This document shows positions 36,593-45,992 of a stretch of DNA of 64,000 nt, one piece after another. The stretch lies in contig CANFJX010000007.1 in the NCBI GenBank assembly GCA_947447665.1, positions 87,441 to 151,440 of the forward strand. The letters are read 5' to 3'. A program made the position numbers and the translations under genes. The stretch is from Bacteriovoracaceae bacterium. Lineage in GTDB: Bacteria; Bdellovibrionota; UBA1018. The notes under the pieces were generated by a model. That model saw only the letters and a list, made by a program, of their open reading frames with translations, was not told the DNA's origin and did no database searches. The first letter of the stretch is position 1. Each line of letters starts with the position of its first letter.

Positions 36593-37485
36593 GAATGGCC
36601 TCGAACGATTTGGCATTCACTCAAGCTACTCTCGAGTTTCCGTAAGTTTTGATTTTGGAGGGGTGCGAGAGGAAGGCGTACCTGAGCCTTGCACCAACCC
36701 AGAGAAGCCATGGCCGCTTTGATGGGCGCTGGGTTGGATTCAATGAATAGATCCCGAAAAAGTGGGTAGTATTTTGTATGAATTTCGAGAGCCTTTTTCA
36801 TGTTTCCCTCGTCAAATGCCTTCTGTAGGGAGACCATTGCGCGGGGAAAAAGATTGCTCGCAACAGAGATGATTCCGACCGCCCCAACGGAGAGAAGTGA
36901 CAAATAGCTAGCGTCGTCGCCTGATAAAATATCAAGGGCTCCGCCGTCTTTGGACAGTTGATCGAGAATTTCGGAAGTGAACACGGGGTTGCCCGTGGCC
37001 TCCTTGAGTGACCGAATTCGCGGATGCTTCGACAAGCGGGAGATGGTTTCTGCCGTTAGAGAGACCCCAGTGCGAGAGGGCACGTTGTAGAGAGTGACCT
37101 CGCAGTCAATCGCTGAGGCGACGGTCTTAAAATGTTCTTCTAATCCTGCTTGAGATGGCTTGTTGTAATAGGGAGTAACGAGAAGGACTCCTTGGACTCC
37201 GACTGAGGAAGCCCATTTTGAAAACTCTACGGTTTCGCGAGTCTGGTTGGATCCGGTACCGGCGACGACTTGAACCGAGGAGCCTTTCAGCTCTTGGATG
37301 CATGTTTGAATGAGAGTCTTCTTCTCATCGATACTCAGCGTTGGAGCCTCTCCAGTTGTCCCACAAGGAATTACGCCGGTAATTCCTGCATCCACCTGGT
37401 CCTTGAGGATTTTCTTCAGCGAATTAAGATCGAGTTCCCCACTCTCAGTGAACGGGGTAATAATGGCGGTCCAAACTCCACGCAT
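36589..37485 (-). CDS. dapA: 4-hydroxy-tetrahydrodipicolinate synthase
   Basis: GTTGE, TPYYNKP, LYNVPSRT, KEATG and ESNPAPIK. Confidence 0.96.
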   Translation of the reverse strand: MRGVWTAIITPFTESGELDLNSLKKILKDQVDAGITGVIPCGTTGEAPTLSIDEKKTLIQTCIQELKGSSVQVVAGTGSNQTRETVEFSKWASSVGVQGVLLVTPYYNKPSQAGLEEHFKTVASAIDCEVTLYNVPSRTGVSLTAETISRLSKHPRIRSLKEATGNPVFTSEILDQLSKDGGALDILSGDDASYLSLLSVGAVGIISVASNLFPRAMVSLQKAFDEGNMKKALEIHTKYYPLFRDLFIESNPAPIKAAMASLGWCKAQVRLPLAPLQNQNLRKLESSLSECQIVRGHS

Positions 37486-37528
37486 TTGAGCTCCTTTTGC
37501 CTGATAACTAGCATTTTAGGGCGGGTTG

Positions 37529-38812
37529 TCAATCCTCTCCTCGAATGAGATCTTCCCAGGTTTCCCTCGATCGGATGACTTGAAACCGGCCTTTTTGAAT
37601 CAAGACTTCGGCGGGCCTCGGGCGGCTATTGTAGGTGCTGGACATGCTGAATCCATAGGCACCGGCAGAGAGAATCGCAACCAATTCGCCCTGGTCTGCA
37701 TGAGCAGGAAAGGGACGATCGCTAGCGAAGCAATCTGAACTTTCACAAACTGGGCCGACGATGTTCGTCTTCACCTTGGGCAGCAGGTGCTTCTCATGAA
37801 TGGGGACAATTTCGTGATAGCTTTCATAGAGGGCAGGCCTAATTAGATCGTTCATCGCTGCATCAATGACGAGAAAGTCCTTAGATCGCCGTTGCTTTCG
37901 GTAAATAATTTTAGAAACTAATACGCCCGCATTGCCCGAGAGGGTTCTCCCTGGCTCGATTAAAATTTTCAATTGGGACGGAGCCTTTAATCTTTTGCCA
38001 AAGTGCTTCTTAATCAGTTTGCAATATTTTTGAATGGGTGGAGTCTTCTCGTCTCGATAAGTGATCCCAATTCCACCTCCCAGGTCGATGAATTCGAGAG
38101 GGCTCTTGAGTTTTTGATCGAGAGCGCATAGGAGCTCTTCGAGCCTTCCGAATGCATCATCGAGGGGCGCCAGGGAGAGGAGTTGGCTACCAATGTGGAT
38201 ACTCAGGCCCTTGAGATGGATACCCTTAAGCTGATCGAGGGATCGGATCACTTCCAATACTTCTGACTTTGAGATGCCAAATTTATTTTTCTTAAGTCCC
38301 GTAGAAATATAGGGGTGTGTTTTTGCATCAACATCAGGATTAAAACGCAGAGCAACGGGTGCTTTGCGATTCATGTTCAGGGCTACTTCATTGAGAAGCT
38401 TGAGCTCAGGAATCGATTCTACGTTGAATGAGTAGATTCCCGTCCCATGGTAGTTGAGTCCCTGCTGCATTTCCTCAGCCGTCTTTCCAACTCCAGAAAA
38501 GACGATCTTTTCAGCAGATACTAGTGCCTTTTCCGCTCGGTAGAGCTCTCCGCCAGAAACTAGGTCCATCCCCGCTCCCTCTTGAGCGAGGAGCCGAAGA
38601 ATGGAGAGGTTGGAGTTAGATTTGAGTGCAAAGCAGATGAGGTGATTGAATTCGCTCAGTCCTTCACTGAACTCGCGAAAGGGGGTGAGAAATCCCTCTG
38701 CCGAGTAAATATAAACTGGCGTGCCGATTTTCTGGGCAATGGTTGCCAGCGATACGTTTTCGCTGCTTAGAATTCCGTTCTCATATTGGAAAAACTGGAG
38801 TGGCTGAGTCAT
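37529..38812 (-). CDS. lysA: Diaminopimelate decarboxylase
   Basis: FALKSN, HPYISTG...KFG, HIGSQ, EPGR, GPVCESSD and GAYGFSMSSTYNSR. Confidence 0.97.
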   Translation of the reverse strand: MTQPLQFFQYENGILSSENVSLATIAQKIGTPVYIYSAEGFLTPFREFSEGLSEFNHLICFALKSNSNLSILRLLAQEGAGMDLVSGGELYRAEKALVSAEKIVFSGVGKTAEEMQQGLNYHGTGIYSFNVESIPELKLLNEVALNMNRKAPVALRFNPDVDAKTHPYISTGLKKNKFGISKSEVLEVIRSLDQLKGIHLKGLSIHIGSQLLSLAPLDDAFGRLEELLCALDQKLKSPLEFIDLGGGIGITYRDEKTPPIQKYCKLIKKHFGKRLKAPSQLKILIEPGRTLSGNAGVLVSKIIYRKQRRSKDFLVIDAAMNDLIRPALYESYHEIVPIHEKHLLPKVKTNIVGPVCESSDCFASDRPFPAHADQGELVAILSAGAYGFSMSSTYNSRPRPAEVLIQKGRFQVIRSRETWEDLIRGED

Positions 38813-39027
38813 TGACTCAGGCTTTCCTGGGGCTTGAGTCCTGGACTCGACGTCGGGCTAGGGGGTCGCTCTTTTTGGTCGCCCGCTGTAGTCTGTTCGG
38901 CCTTTTGTGGGGTAACGAGAAGTGGCGGAAGAGGCGGTCCCTTGACCCCGCAGGAGCAAAAAAGCAGAGAGACGGCGATGAAACAAAGCGGCTCAAAAGT
39001 GTGTCGGGAAGGAGTGCCAAGTTGCAT
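38809..39027 (-). CDS. Small lipoprotein, LptM/YifL-like
   Basis: Lipobox followed by CGVKGPPLPP (CGxKGP motif); immediately upstream of lysA. Confidence 0.75.
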   Translation of the reverse strand: MQLGTPSRHTFEPLCFIAVSLLFCSCGVKGPPLPPLLVTPQKAEQTTAGDQKERPPSPTSSPGLKPQESLSQ

Positions 39028-39034
39028 AAATTAC

Positions 39035-40192
39035 CTAAAATCTGAGGAGCAAGTTGAGAGCAATGCTTTCAATACCACCGTCTAGACGTGTATACCATCC
39101 GGGTCCGATTTGGAATAGGAGTCCAGCCCCAAGTGCAGGGAACGACGAGTTGAGCGCATTATAGGTAGCAGCAGTAGCATTCGCAGCTGCGACGACAAAA
39201 CTTCGAGTCATTCCGGCATAAGCGAAAAGGCTCAGATGCTCTCCAAAGGTTAGATTGTAGCGGAGAGTGGGAACGGCGGCGACCTGAGTGTAGGTGTCCC
39301 CGGCAGGGGCGATGACTTTATACCCAAAGACCCCGAGCTCTGCGACCAAAGAATCCTGGAGCGATGAACGATGAAAAAAGACTTCGTGGGCGATGGTGAC
39401 TCCGAATCGTACGTTCCCTGCGCTAAGATATTGAGCTTGAGTGAGGTTAGCAGGGTTGGGGCTGATGATTGCGCCCAGTCCAGCGGAGAGCCAAAAGGAA
39501 TATTTGTCGAGATTTCGAATTTCTACAACACTGGGAGAATTCGTCTCCGAATCGACATTTTCATCTTCTAGGTCCTCGCCGTCCACTTCTTTTTCATCGC
39601 TTTTTTGACTGGTTAGGGGGGGCTCTTCCCCAGGTGGCGCAGGGGGCGGCGGCGGTGGGGGCTCCTCCACGGGGGGTGGAGGGGGCGGCTGCGATGTCTC
39701 CAGCGCTGGACTCCCTGGCTTTTGAATTAGGCTGGCCCTTTCCTCCTCGATTTCTTTCAGCTCATTTTGATCGATTGAGGGAGTGGGAGGCGAGACAAGG
39801 TCCATGACTTTTTCGACGGCTGTGAATGTCTGATTTTCATTGAGAAGCTCAGTTCCGCCATAGGATTTGAGGTATTTTGCTGCGAATCTTTTCAGTTCAG
39901 GATAAATTTTTACAATTCGAAGTGCCATCACGGGCGCTTGTGTGTCGTTCTTGAGAAGGATTAAGTGGCCGATAAAGGGGCTTTTTGAAAGAGGATCGTC
40001 GAAGAGGTAAATTCGATTTGAATTGCTCCTGGCAAGCACCTTGACTGGGTAGGTCGACGCTTCAATCGAAGGGATCGATCCTTCATCGTCTTCGTTTTGA
40101 GGAATTTTGGGGAATCCTGGAGTGCTGGCGAGAACCAGGATAAGAATCATTAAAAAATGGGATGTCTGAGATGTTAGCTGATATTTTTTCAT
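39035..40192 (-). CDS. Exported protein with Pro-rich linker and probable C-terminal beta-barrel
   Basis: MKK signal-like N-terminus, poly-Pro/acidic linker, amphipathic strands, terminal Phe; TCGACA-N17-TAAAAT promoter at 40207-40235. Confidence 0.75.
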   Translation of the reverse strand: MKKYQLTSQTSHFLMILILVLASTPGFPKIPQNEDDEGSIPSIEASTYPVKVLARSNSNRIYLFDDPLSKSPFIGHLILLKNDTQAPVMALRIVKIYPELKRFAAKYLKSYGGTELLNENQTFTAVEKVMDLVSPPTPSIDQNELKEIEEERASLIQKPGSPALETSQPPPPPPVEEPPPPPPPAPPGEEPPLTSQKSDEKEVDGEDLEDENVDSETNSPSVVEIRNLDKYSFWLSAGLGAIISPNPANLTQAQYLSAGNVRFGVTIAHEVFFHRSSLQDSLVAELGVFGYKVIAPAGDTYTQVAAVPTLRYNLTFGEHLSLFAYAGMTRSFVVAAANATAATYNALNSSFPALGAGLLFQIGPGWYTRLDGGIESIALNLLLRF

Positions 40193-41262
40193 GTCTAGGT
40201 CACTTGATTTTAACTTGCTTTAAGGCTTCTGTCGAGAAGTCGACTTTTTGGCGGTACCTTTGGATTGCGCTCATTCCTGGATTCTTGAACCTTGCAGTTG
40301 CCCAAGCGGGCCAAAGTGTTCTCGAAGGAAAAACTCTGATTTCGAGTTCCCCAAATTGGAGTGATGCTAAACAGCTGATAAAAAAAGAAAAATGGAATGA
40401 AGCTGCGAACGTTTTAAGAGTCTTGAACCTCCAAAATCCTAGAGATGCCTCAGTCGTGGACGCCCTTTCTGCGGTGCTCATTCGTATTGGTAACCGTGCT
40501 AGCGCGGTGCAGGTCCTGCTGCAATTTTCGGAAAAGCTCAATTCCAAGGAAAAACAGCGGATGATCAGCAGGTCGCAAATTCTGTCCCGAACTTTTATTT
40601 CAAACGCATGGTTTGAGCGTTACCAAGAGGGGCTGAACGCCCTTCTAGGGAAAAAATATCGAAATGCCCAGGAGAAGTTTGAGAGGGTTTTGGCAGAGGA
40701 TCCGCAAAACTGCGAAGTTTTAATTAAATTAGGTCAATGTCTGATTTTAGAGGGCGAGTTTGACGCTGCGCTTCAGAGACTCAGTCTAGCTAAGAGCATC
40801 AATCCGACTGATTCCGAGGCGATTCTTTGGTTGGGTAAGGCCTACTTATCTCGAGGAAATTCTAAGGATGCCTTGCGAGAGTTAAGGTCTCTTGATCCTG
40901 AGATGAGGCGGACTGAAATTGCGGTTCTAGCCACGGCAGAAGCTCAGTCTCTTGCTGGTCAGCATGGTTTGGCCTTAAGGACGCTCCAGTTAGATCTGGA
41001 TGAGCACCCGCTCCACGTTCGTGCGCTCGTGTTCTCTGCAAAAATAAAGCTTCAAACCGCGCGGACCGACTTGGACGCTCTCTGGTCAGCTCGAAAAGAT
41101 CTTCAACTCGCATGGAGCCGGGTCGAAAATTACGACTCCGACGAAACACCAGATCGCGAGTTTGGGCTTGTCACCCGCCGGTCAGCTGAGGATCTTAAGT
41201 CTGAGATTCAAAAACTTTTACAACTCGTTCAGACCAGAATCGATGAGACCCCTCATCGTTGA
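40162..41262 (+). CDS. Tetratricopeptide repeat protein (start uncertain, likely downstream of 40162)
   Basis: TPR patterns (AQEKFERVLAEDP, LIKLGQCL, ILWLGKAY). Confidence 0.75.
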   Translation: MSEMLADIFSCLGHLILTCFKASVEKSTFWRYLWIALIPGFLNLAVAQAGQSVLEGKTLISSSPNWSDAKQLIKKEKWNEAANVLRVLNLQNPRDASVVDALSAVLIRIGNRASAVQVLLQFSEKLNSKEKQRMISRSQILSRTFISNAWFERYQEGLNALLGKKYRNAQEKFERVLAEDPQNCEVLIKLGQCLILEGEFDAALQRLSLAKSINPTDSEAILWLGKAYLSRGNSKDALRELRSLDPEMRRTEIAVLATAEAQSLAGQHGLALRTLQLDLDEHPLHVRALVFSAKIKLQTARTDLDALWSARKDLQLAWSRVENYDSDETPDREFGLVTRRSAEDLKSEIQKLLQLVQTRIDETPHR

Positions 41263-42383
41263 TGGATTGGCGACACGCTGAGTTGGGTGGGTCCCGTGTA
41301 GATTGCGCGAGGGCGATAAATTCGGTTATTTGCGTACTGTTCTAAAGCTTGTGCAGTCCAACCCGAGGCCCGACTCACTGCGAAAATGGGCGTAAAGTCT
41401 CGAGCCCTGAGCCCCAAGGCCGTATACACTAGGCCACTGTAGAAGTCGACGTTGGGCATGAGTCCTTTTCGCTCCAGCATTTGCTCTTCAATGGTGACTA
41501 ACATTCGATGAAATTCTTCGAGTCCAGTTTTCTTGCAAGTTTGGAGAGAGAGTGTTTTAAGGATTTTTCCTCGTGGATCACCATTTTTATAAACGCGGTG
41601 CCCAATTCCCATGACCTTTTTCTTTGCTTCGACTGCATCGTCAATGAAGGCTTGGACCTGCTGATAAGAGCCAATCTCCTTGAGCATCAGCATCACGTGT
41701 TCATTTGCTCCGCCGTGAAGAGGGCCCTTCAGAGAGCCTAAGGCCGCAGTGATCGCGCTGTAGTAATCACTCGTTGTCGATGCGACGACTCGGGCTGTAA
41801 AAGCCGATGCATTGAGCTCATGATCAGCATGAAGAACAAGCGCGGTATCAAAAAGCTTCTCTTCCTCCGCGCTGGGCTCCTTTCCTCGAATCATGTTCAG
41901 AAAGTTCCAGGCGAGACTCTTTCCAGGCACTGGAGCGATAACGGCCTGCTTTTGCTCGAGGCGGGATAGTGCGGCGACCAGAGGTCCAATAGCCGACGTG
42001 AGACGGATCCCTTTGGACCGAATTCCTTCGAGGGAGTTATCTTCAGCTTCCGGATCGAGCAGACCAAAGTAAGAAATGGCCGTCCTGAGCTTAGCCATCG
42101 AGTGGGCTTGGGTTTTCGCGATCTCGGTTAAAACTGAGACCATTTCGTTCGAAAGTGGGCTATTTTGTTCGACTTTTAAGCGAAAAGAATGGAGTTGCGA
42201 TTCGGTAGGCAAAGCGCCATTCCAAAGCAAGTAAACCACTTCCTCGAAAGTGCAATGAGAAGCTAAGTCTTCAATGGTGTAGCCGCGATAGAGAAGTGTG
42301 ACATCATGGATAGTACTAATCTCGCTTGTGCATGCGATGACATTCTCGAGGCCTTTATTTGCTGTCTCTGGAATTTGGGACAT
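41253..42383 (-). CDS. Citrate / 2-methylcitrate synthase
   Basis: LHADHELNAS, GPLHGGANE, MGIGHRVYK..DPR and PNVDFYSG. Confidence 0.95.
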   Translation of the reverse strand: MSQIPETANKGLENVIACTSEISTIHDVTLLYRGYTIEDLASHCTFEEVVYLLWNGALPTESQLHSFRLKVEQNSPLSNEMVSVLTEIAKTQAHSMAKLRTAISYFGLLDPEAEDNSLEGIRSKGIRLTSAIGPLVAALSRLEQKQAVIAPVPGKSLAWNFLNMIRGKEPSAEEEKLFDTALVLHADHELNASAFTARVVASTTSDYYSAITAALGSLKGPLHGGANEHVMLMLKEIGSYQQVQAFIDDAVEAKKKVMGIGHRVYKNGDPRGKILKTLSLQTCKKTGLEEFHRMLVTIEEQMLERKGLMPNVDFYSGLVYTALGLRARDFTPIFAVSRASGWTAQALEQYANNRIYRPRAIYTGPTQLSVSPIHQR

Positions 42384-42505
42384 AATAATCGATCCTTCTT
42401 ATGTCCCCTCACTTACAAGATCTTTTCAGCGAGTGCAAATCCATTCTTGACTTCAATGCGTCGGACAGCCTAAGAAATCGGAAAACTACTACGGGGGAAG
42501 ACAGA

Positions 42506-43201
42506 GTGGCGACGGAAAAATTCTTTATCGCAATTGCCGGGAATATCGGAACTGGAAAAACAACCTTAGCTCAAATGATCTCCAGTCGATTAGGATGGGT
42601 GCCTCACTTTGAGCCAGTGGGTGAAAATCCCTATCTAGGGGATTTTTATAAAGATATGGAGCGGTGGGCATTTCCTCTTCAGATTTATTTCCTGACGCAC
42701 CGATTTAAGGCCCATCGAAAGATCACTGACGGTGGACAGAGTGCCGTTCAGGACCGAAGTATCTATGAGGATGCTAATGTTTTCGCGCGAAACCTTTTCG
42801 AACAAGGGATGATGGCGCCCAGAGATTATCGTAATTATTTGTCGCTCTATGAGTGCATGTGCCAGTCCCTCAGTCCTCCCGATCTTGTCGTATATTTGAA
42901 GAAGTCTTTACCCGAGCTTAAGCGCGGAATCGCCAAGAGAAACAGGGACTTCGAGTCTGAGATTCCGGACCAATATCTTCTCAACCTCAACCGGTACTAT
43001 GATGAGTGGGTAGATGGTTATTCCTTGGGGAAAAAATTGGTGATTGAGTGTGATTCTCTAGATTATGTGGGGCGACCTGCGGACTTTGATCAGGTCACCC
43101 AAAAGATTCTGGAAAATATCGTTCAACATGACTTTCTATTCAATACCCCCATACCCAGAACGCTCTCATCGGCGGACATCGACGAAAGGCTCAAGTTTTA
43201 A
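42506..43201 (+). CDS. Deoxynucleoside kinase (dCK/dGK family)
   Basis: IAGNIGTGKTT, NPYL.DFY, QDRSIYED and R.RDFE; GTG start after a GGGGG SD. Confidence 0.93.
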   Translation: MATEKFFIAIAGNIGTGKTTLAQMISSRLGWVPHFEPVGENPYLGDFYKDMERWAFPLQIYFLTHRFKAHRKITDGGQSAVQDRSIYEDANVFARNLFEQGMMAPRDYRNYLSLYECMCQSLSPPDLVVYLKKSLPELKRGIAKRNRDFESEIPDQYLLNLNRYYDEWVDGYSLGKKLVIECDSLDYVGRPADFDQVTQKILENIVQHDFLFNTPIPRTLSSADIDERLKF

Positions 43202-43218
43202 AATTAGCCTGCCGACGA
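43191..43218 (+). promoter_or_regulatory. Sigma28 (FliA)-type promoter
   Basis: TCAA(G)-N16-GCCGACGA, 42 nt upstream of the LysM gene ATG. Confidence 0.55.
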
Positions 43219-43260
43219 GAACCTTAGAAGTTCTATCAGAATCTTTTAAGGGGTGCAGCC

Positions 43261-44076
43261 ATGGTACGTTTCAGAGGTCACGGTTTACTTGTCTTTTTAG
43301 CGGTCATTTTTCTAGGTGGTTGTGCGTCGAGTCAAAAAGCCCCCGATCAGGCTACCGATGCTGTCCCAGCCGTGGCGGACGGATTGCCTCCTGATTCCAG
43401 CGCAGTGAATCCGTTTGATTCAACCTCTTCAAAACAAGGCGGTACGGGTGCCTCCAAAAATGTGAGTTCGCCTTCGGGCAGTACTTCTTCAACAGGGCTT
43501 CAGGATTATAAAATTGTTAAAGGCGATACGTTGATGAAAATCGCCTATCATTCGCTCGGCGACATCTCCCGGTGGAAAGAAATTTATCAAAATAATAAAG
43601 ACAAGCTCCCTAACCCCAATGCAATTCCGGAGGGTGTAGTGATTCAGGTAGATCGTTCCAATCCTCCAGCGACTTTGGAGGGTGAAATCTATTTAATTCA
43701 GCGGGGCGATACGCTCGGAAAGATCTCGAATCAATTGTATGGAACCCCCGTTCGCTGGAAAGAACTTTATGAAAAGAACAAACAGCTCATTCATGATCCC
43801 AACAAGATTTTTGCAGGGTTTGATCTTTATTATTCCCCGGATCATTCCTCGCAAGTCCTAGGTTCCAGCACGGACTCGGGCACCAGTCCTGAGGTAGGGA
43901 GCCCTGCTTTGCCTGGGACTCCGCTTCCGACTTTGCCTGGAACCTCACTTCCGTCCTTGAGTAAAGAGGCCACTCCTGGCAGCGCGCAACTGATGACGAT
44001 TCAAGCGGCTGCGCCAACGACCCAGGAGCAAAATCCCGGGCTAAGTCTCCCTGGGAGTGCCCCTCAGTCTCAATAG
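43261..44076 (+). CDS. Lipoprotein with two LysM domains
   Basis: Lipobox FLGGC; YKIVKGDTLMKIA and YLIQRGDTLGKIS. Confidence 0.92.
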   Translation: MVRFRGHGLLVFLAVIFLGGCASSQKAPDQATDAVPAVADGLPPDSSAVNPFDSTSSKQGGTGASKNVSSPSGSTSSTGLQDYKIVKGDTLMKIAYHSLGDISRWKEIYQNNKDKLPNPNAIPEGVVIQVDRSNPPATLEGEIYLIQRGDTLGKISNQLYGTPVRWKELYEKNKQLIHDPNKIFAGFDLYYSPDHSSQVLGSSTDSGTSPEVGSPALPGTPLPTLPGTSLPSLSKEATPGSAQLMTIQAAAPTTQEQNPGLSLPGSAPQSQ

Positions 44077-44157
44077 CGGCTATTTTTTAAGTTAAGCGAC
44101 GCGAAGGGTGATTTACCCTTACTAACCGTGCCGAGATTGAGTTATTCTCGATTTACC

Positions 44158-44922
44158 ATGGGTAGGAATTTAATCGCTGGCTTATTATTTACAGTTTTCG
44201 CCAATTTCGCTTGCTCGACTCCCCAGGGGCAAAATGCAGTGATCCACTCGGATCGAAGAGAGCCGTCTCAGGTGGTCAGTCGGGCTGAATGTTCAAAGCC
44301 GCTTCAGGCACAGGTTCGGATCGTTCAATCGACTGAAGCCAAAAGTTACTTAAATAACCTGGGTCGATTCCTCATATCAGTCATAGCTAAAAATCAACCT
44401 GCTATTTACGCTGCAATCAGTGAGAGTAAGCTTCAAGTGAATCTAATCGCAGGTGGGCTGGATCGATTGACAGGTTACAGTCTATCTGCCGTCTCAGGTG
44501 GTTCACCCCAAGTTTACCTTTCAGTAGAGTTGCTTAAAAAATTAGAATACGAAAATGAGCTAGTCGCGCTGATGGCGGTGGAGATTCTGCAGGGTTATAG
44601 TAAAAAATTGAATTGCGCTTCCCCAGTGGATCAAATGCAAGCCTCATTGGGATTGAGTAGTCACTCGGGAGATCCTCTCGATCGAGAGGCGTTTCGTTCG
44701 GCTGTTCAAATTCTCTATAACTCAGGCTACGATTCAAGAGGATTGATCTCGCTCATTCAGATTTTTGAAAAAAATAGGCTATCATTATCATTGGATGAGG
44801 GGTTCATTGAGAATTTAAAAGGTGAAGTACGCAGAGAAATTGCAATTTATCCGCCTTTAAGAAATCCTATTATCCAGTCTAATCAATTTTTGACATTCCA
44901 AAAGAGGGTCCGACGATTGTGA
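44158..44922 (+). CDS. Degenerate M48/BepA-like lipoprotein lacking HEXXH
   Basis: Lipobox NFAC; YLNNLG, GG..VYLSVELLKKL..ENELVALMAVEI and A..ILYNSGYD. Confidence 0.65.
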   Translation: MGRNLIAGLLFTVFANFACSTPQGQNAVIHSDRREPSQVVSRAECSKPLQAQVRIVQSTEAKSYLNNLGRFLISVIAKNQPAIYAAISESKLQVNLIAGGLDRLTGYSLSAVSGGSPQVYLSVELLKKLEYENELVALMAVEILQGYSKKLNCASPVDQMQASLGLSSHSGDPLDREAFRSAVQILYNSGYDSRGLISLIQIFEKNRLSLSLDEGFIENLKGEVRREIAIYPPLRNPIIQSNQFLTFQKRVRRL

Positions 44923-45983
44923 AAGAGTTTTTGATTGAGCTCAGACAAATGAATGACCAAATGAACTTAGGACAGCAAGCTCTCTCGGAGTGGCTTTCTC
45001 AGTCCAAAATTGTGACTTCAGTCTCCCGAATTCCGGGAGACGCAAGTAATCGAAAGTACTTTCGGATTGAGGCACTAGGAAAGTCTTTTATTCTCATGAA
45101 AATGGAGTCTTTTGCAGATCAAAAAGACTCGCTGCCTTTTGTTGTAGTTGCAAGGCACCTCCTGGGCTTTGGCATTGATGTCCCTAAAATTTTAGATTTG
45201 GACGCCGAGCGCGGCTTAATTCTACTGGAAGATCTGGGAGATATTACTTTGCTCCGACAGCTCCAGGAGGTCAGTACGCCGGATGCGGAGAGGCATCTTT
45301 ACGAAAAGGTTATTGATTCTCTAGTGAAGTTTCAAGTTTTTGCCTCACCCCGTCCAGGCGATTCGTCGATTGATGCATTCAAGCTGAGATTTGATTACGA
45401 AAAATTGATGTGGGAGGTGGATTTTACCATCGAGCATTTATACAAGAGCTATTTGAAGAGAGTTCTATCAGATCAAGCCCAAAGTGCTATCAGAGATGGA
45501 TTTAGCGAGATATGTGCCTTTCTGGCTGAACAGCCGACTACCCTTACGCATCGGGATTTCCACAGCCGTAACGTCATGATTTCTGGCTCGGTGGGTGAGG
45601 AGGGTGCACGATTCGTCATGATCGATTTTCAGGACGCACGGATGGGACCTCAGCAGTACGACTTGGCGTCGCTCTTAAAAGATAGCTACTATCAGCTTGA
45701 GGAGTCACAGGTCACAGGTTTAGTTGACTACTATATTGCTCGGTTTGAGGCTGCTTCAGGTATGGAGATTGACCGGGCCCACTTTACGCGAGTATTTGAT
45801 CTCATGTCTGTGCAGAGAAACTTCAAGGCAATCGGAAGTTTTTCATCCTTCATGAATCGTCGAGGTGACCCTAGCTACCTTAAGTATATAGGTAACACTT
45901 TTGAGAATATCCGTAAAACACTGCTGAAATATCCCCGCTACTCTCAACTGAGGGAAGCGCTATTTTTTAATTATTATTTTTAG
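44919..45983 (+). CDS. amgK: MurNAc/GlcNAc anomeric kinase (APH family)
   Basis: GDASNRKYFR, LLEDLG, HRDFHSRN, IDFQDARMGP..YDLASLL and QRNFKAIGSF; upstream of a nucleotidyltransferase. Confidence 0.85.
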   Translation: MKEFLIELRQMNDQMNLGQQALSEWLSQSKIVTSVSRIPGDASNRKYFRIEALGKSFILMKMESFADQKDSLPFVVVARHLLGFGIDVPKILDLDAERGLILLEDLGDITLLRQLQEVSTPDAERHLYEKVIDSLVKFQVFASPRPGDSSIDAFKLRFDYEKLMWEVDFTIEHLYKSYLKRVLSDQAQSAIRDGFSEICAFLAEQPTTLTHRDFHSRNVMISGSVGEEGARFVMIDFQDARMGPQQYDLASLLKDSYYQLEESQVTGLVDYYIARFEAASGMEIDRAHFTRVFDLMSVQRNFKAIGSFSSFMNRRGDPSYLKYIGNTFENIRKTLLKYPRYSQLREALFFNYYF

Positions 45984-45992
45984 GACGTGTTT

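Noticed and set aside
40231-40244. GTCGA-gaag-TCGAC palindrome resembling the one at 23486
   Set aside because: Different spacer, and TCGA looks frequent throughout the window, so a chance match is likely (not quantified)
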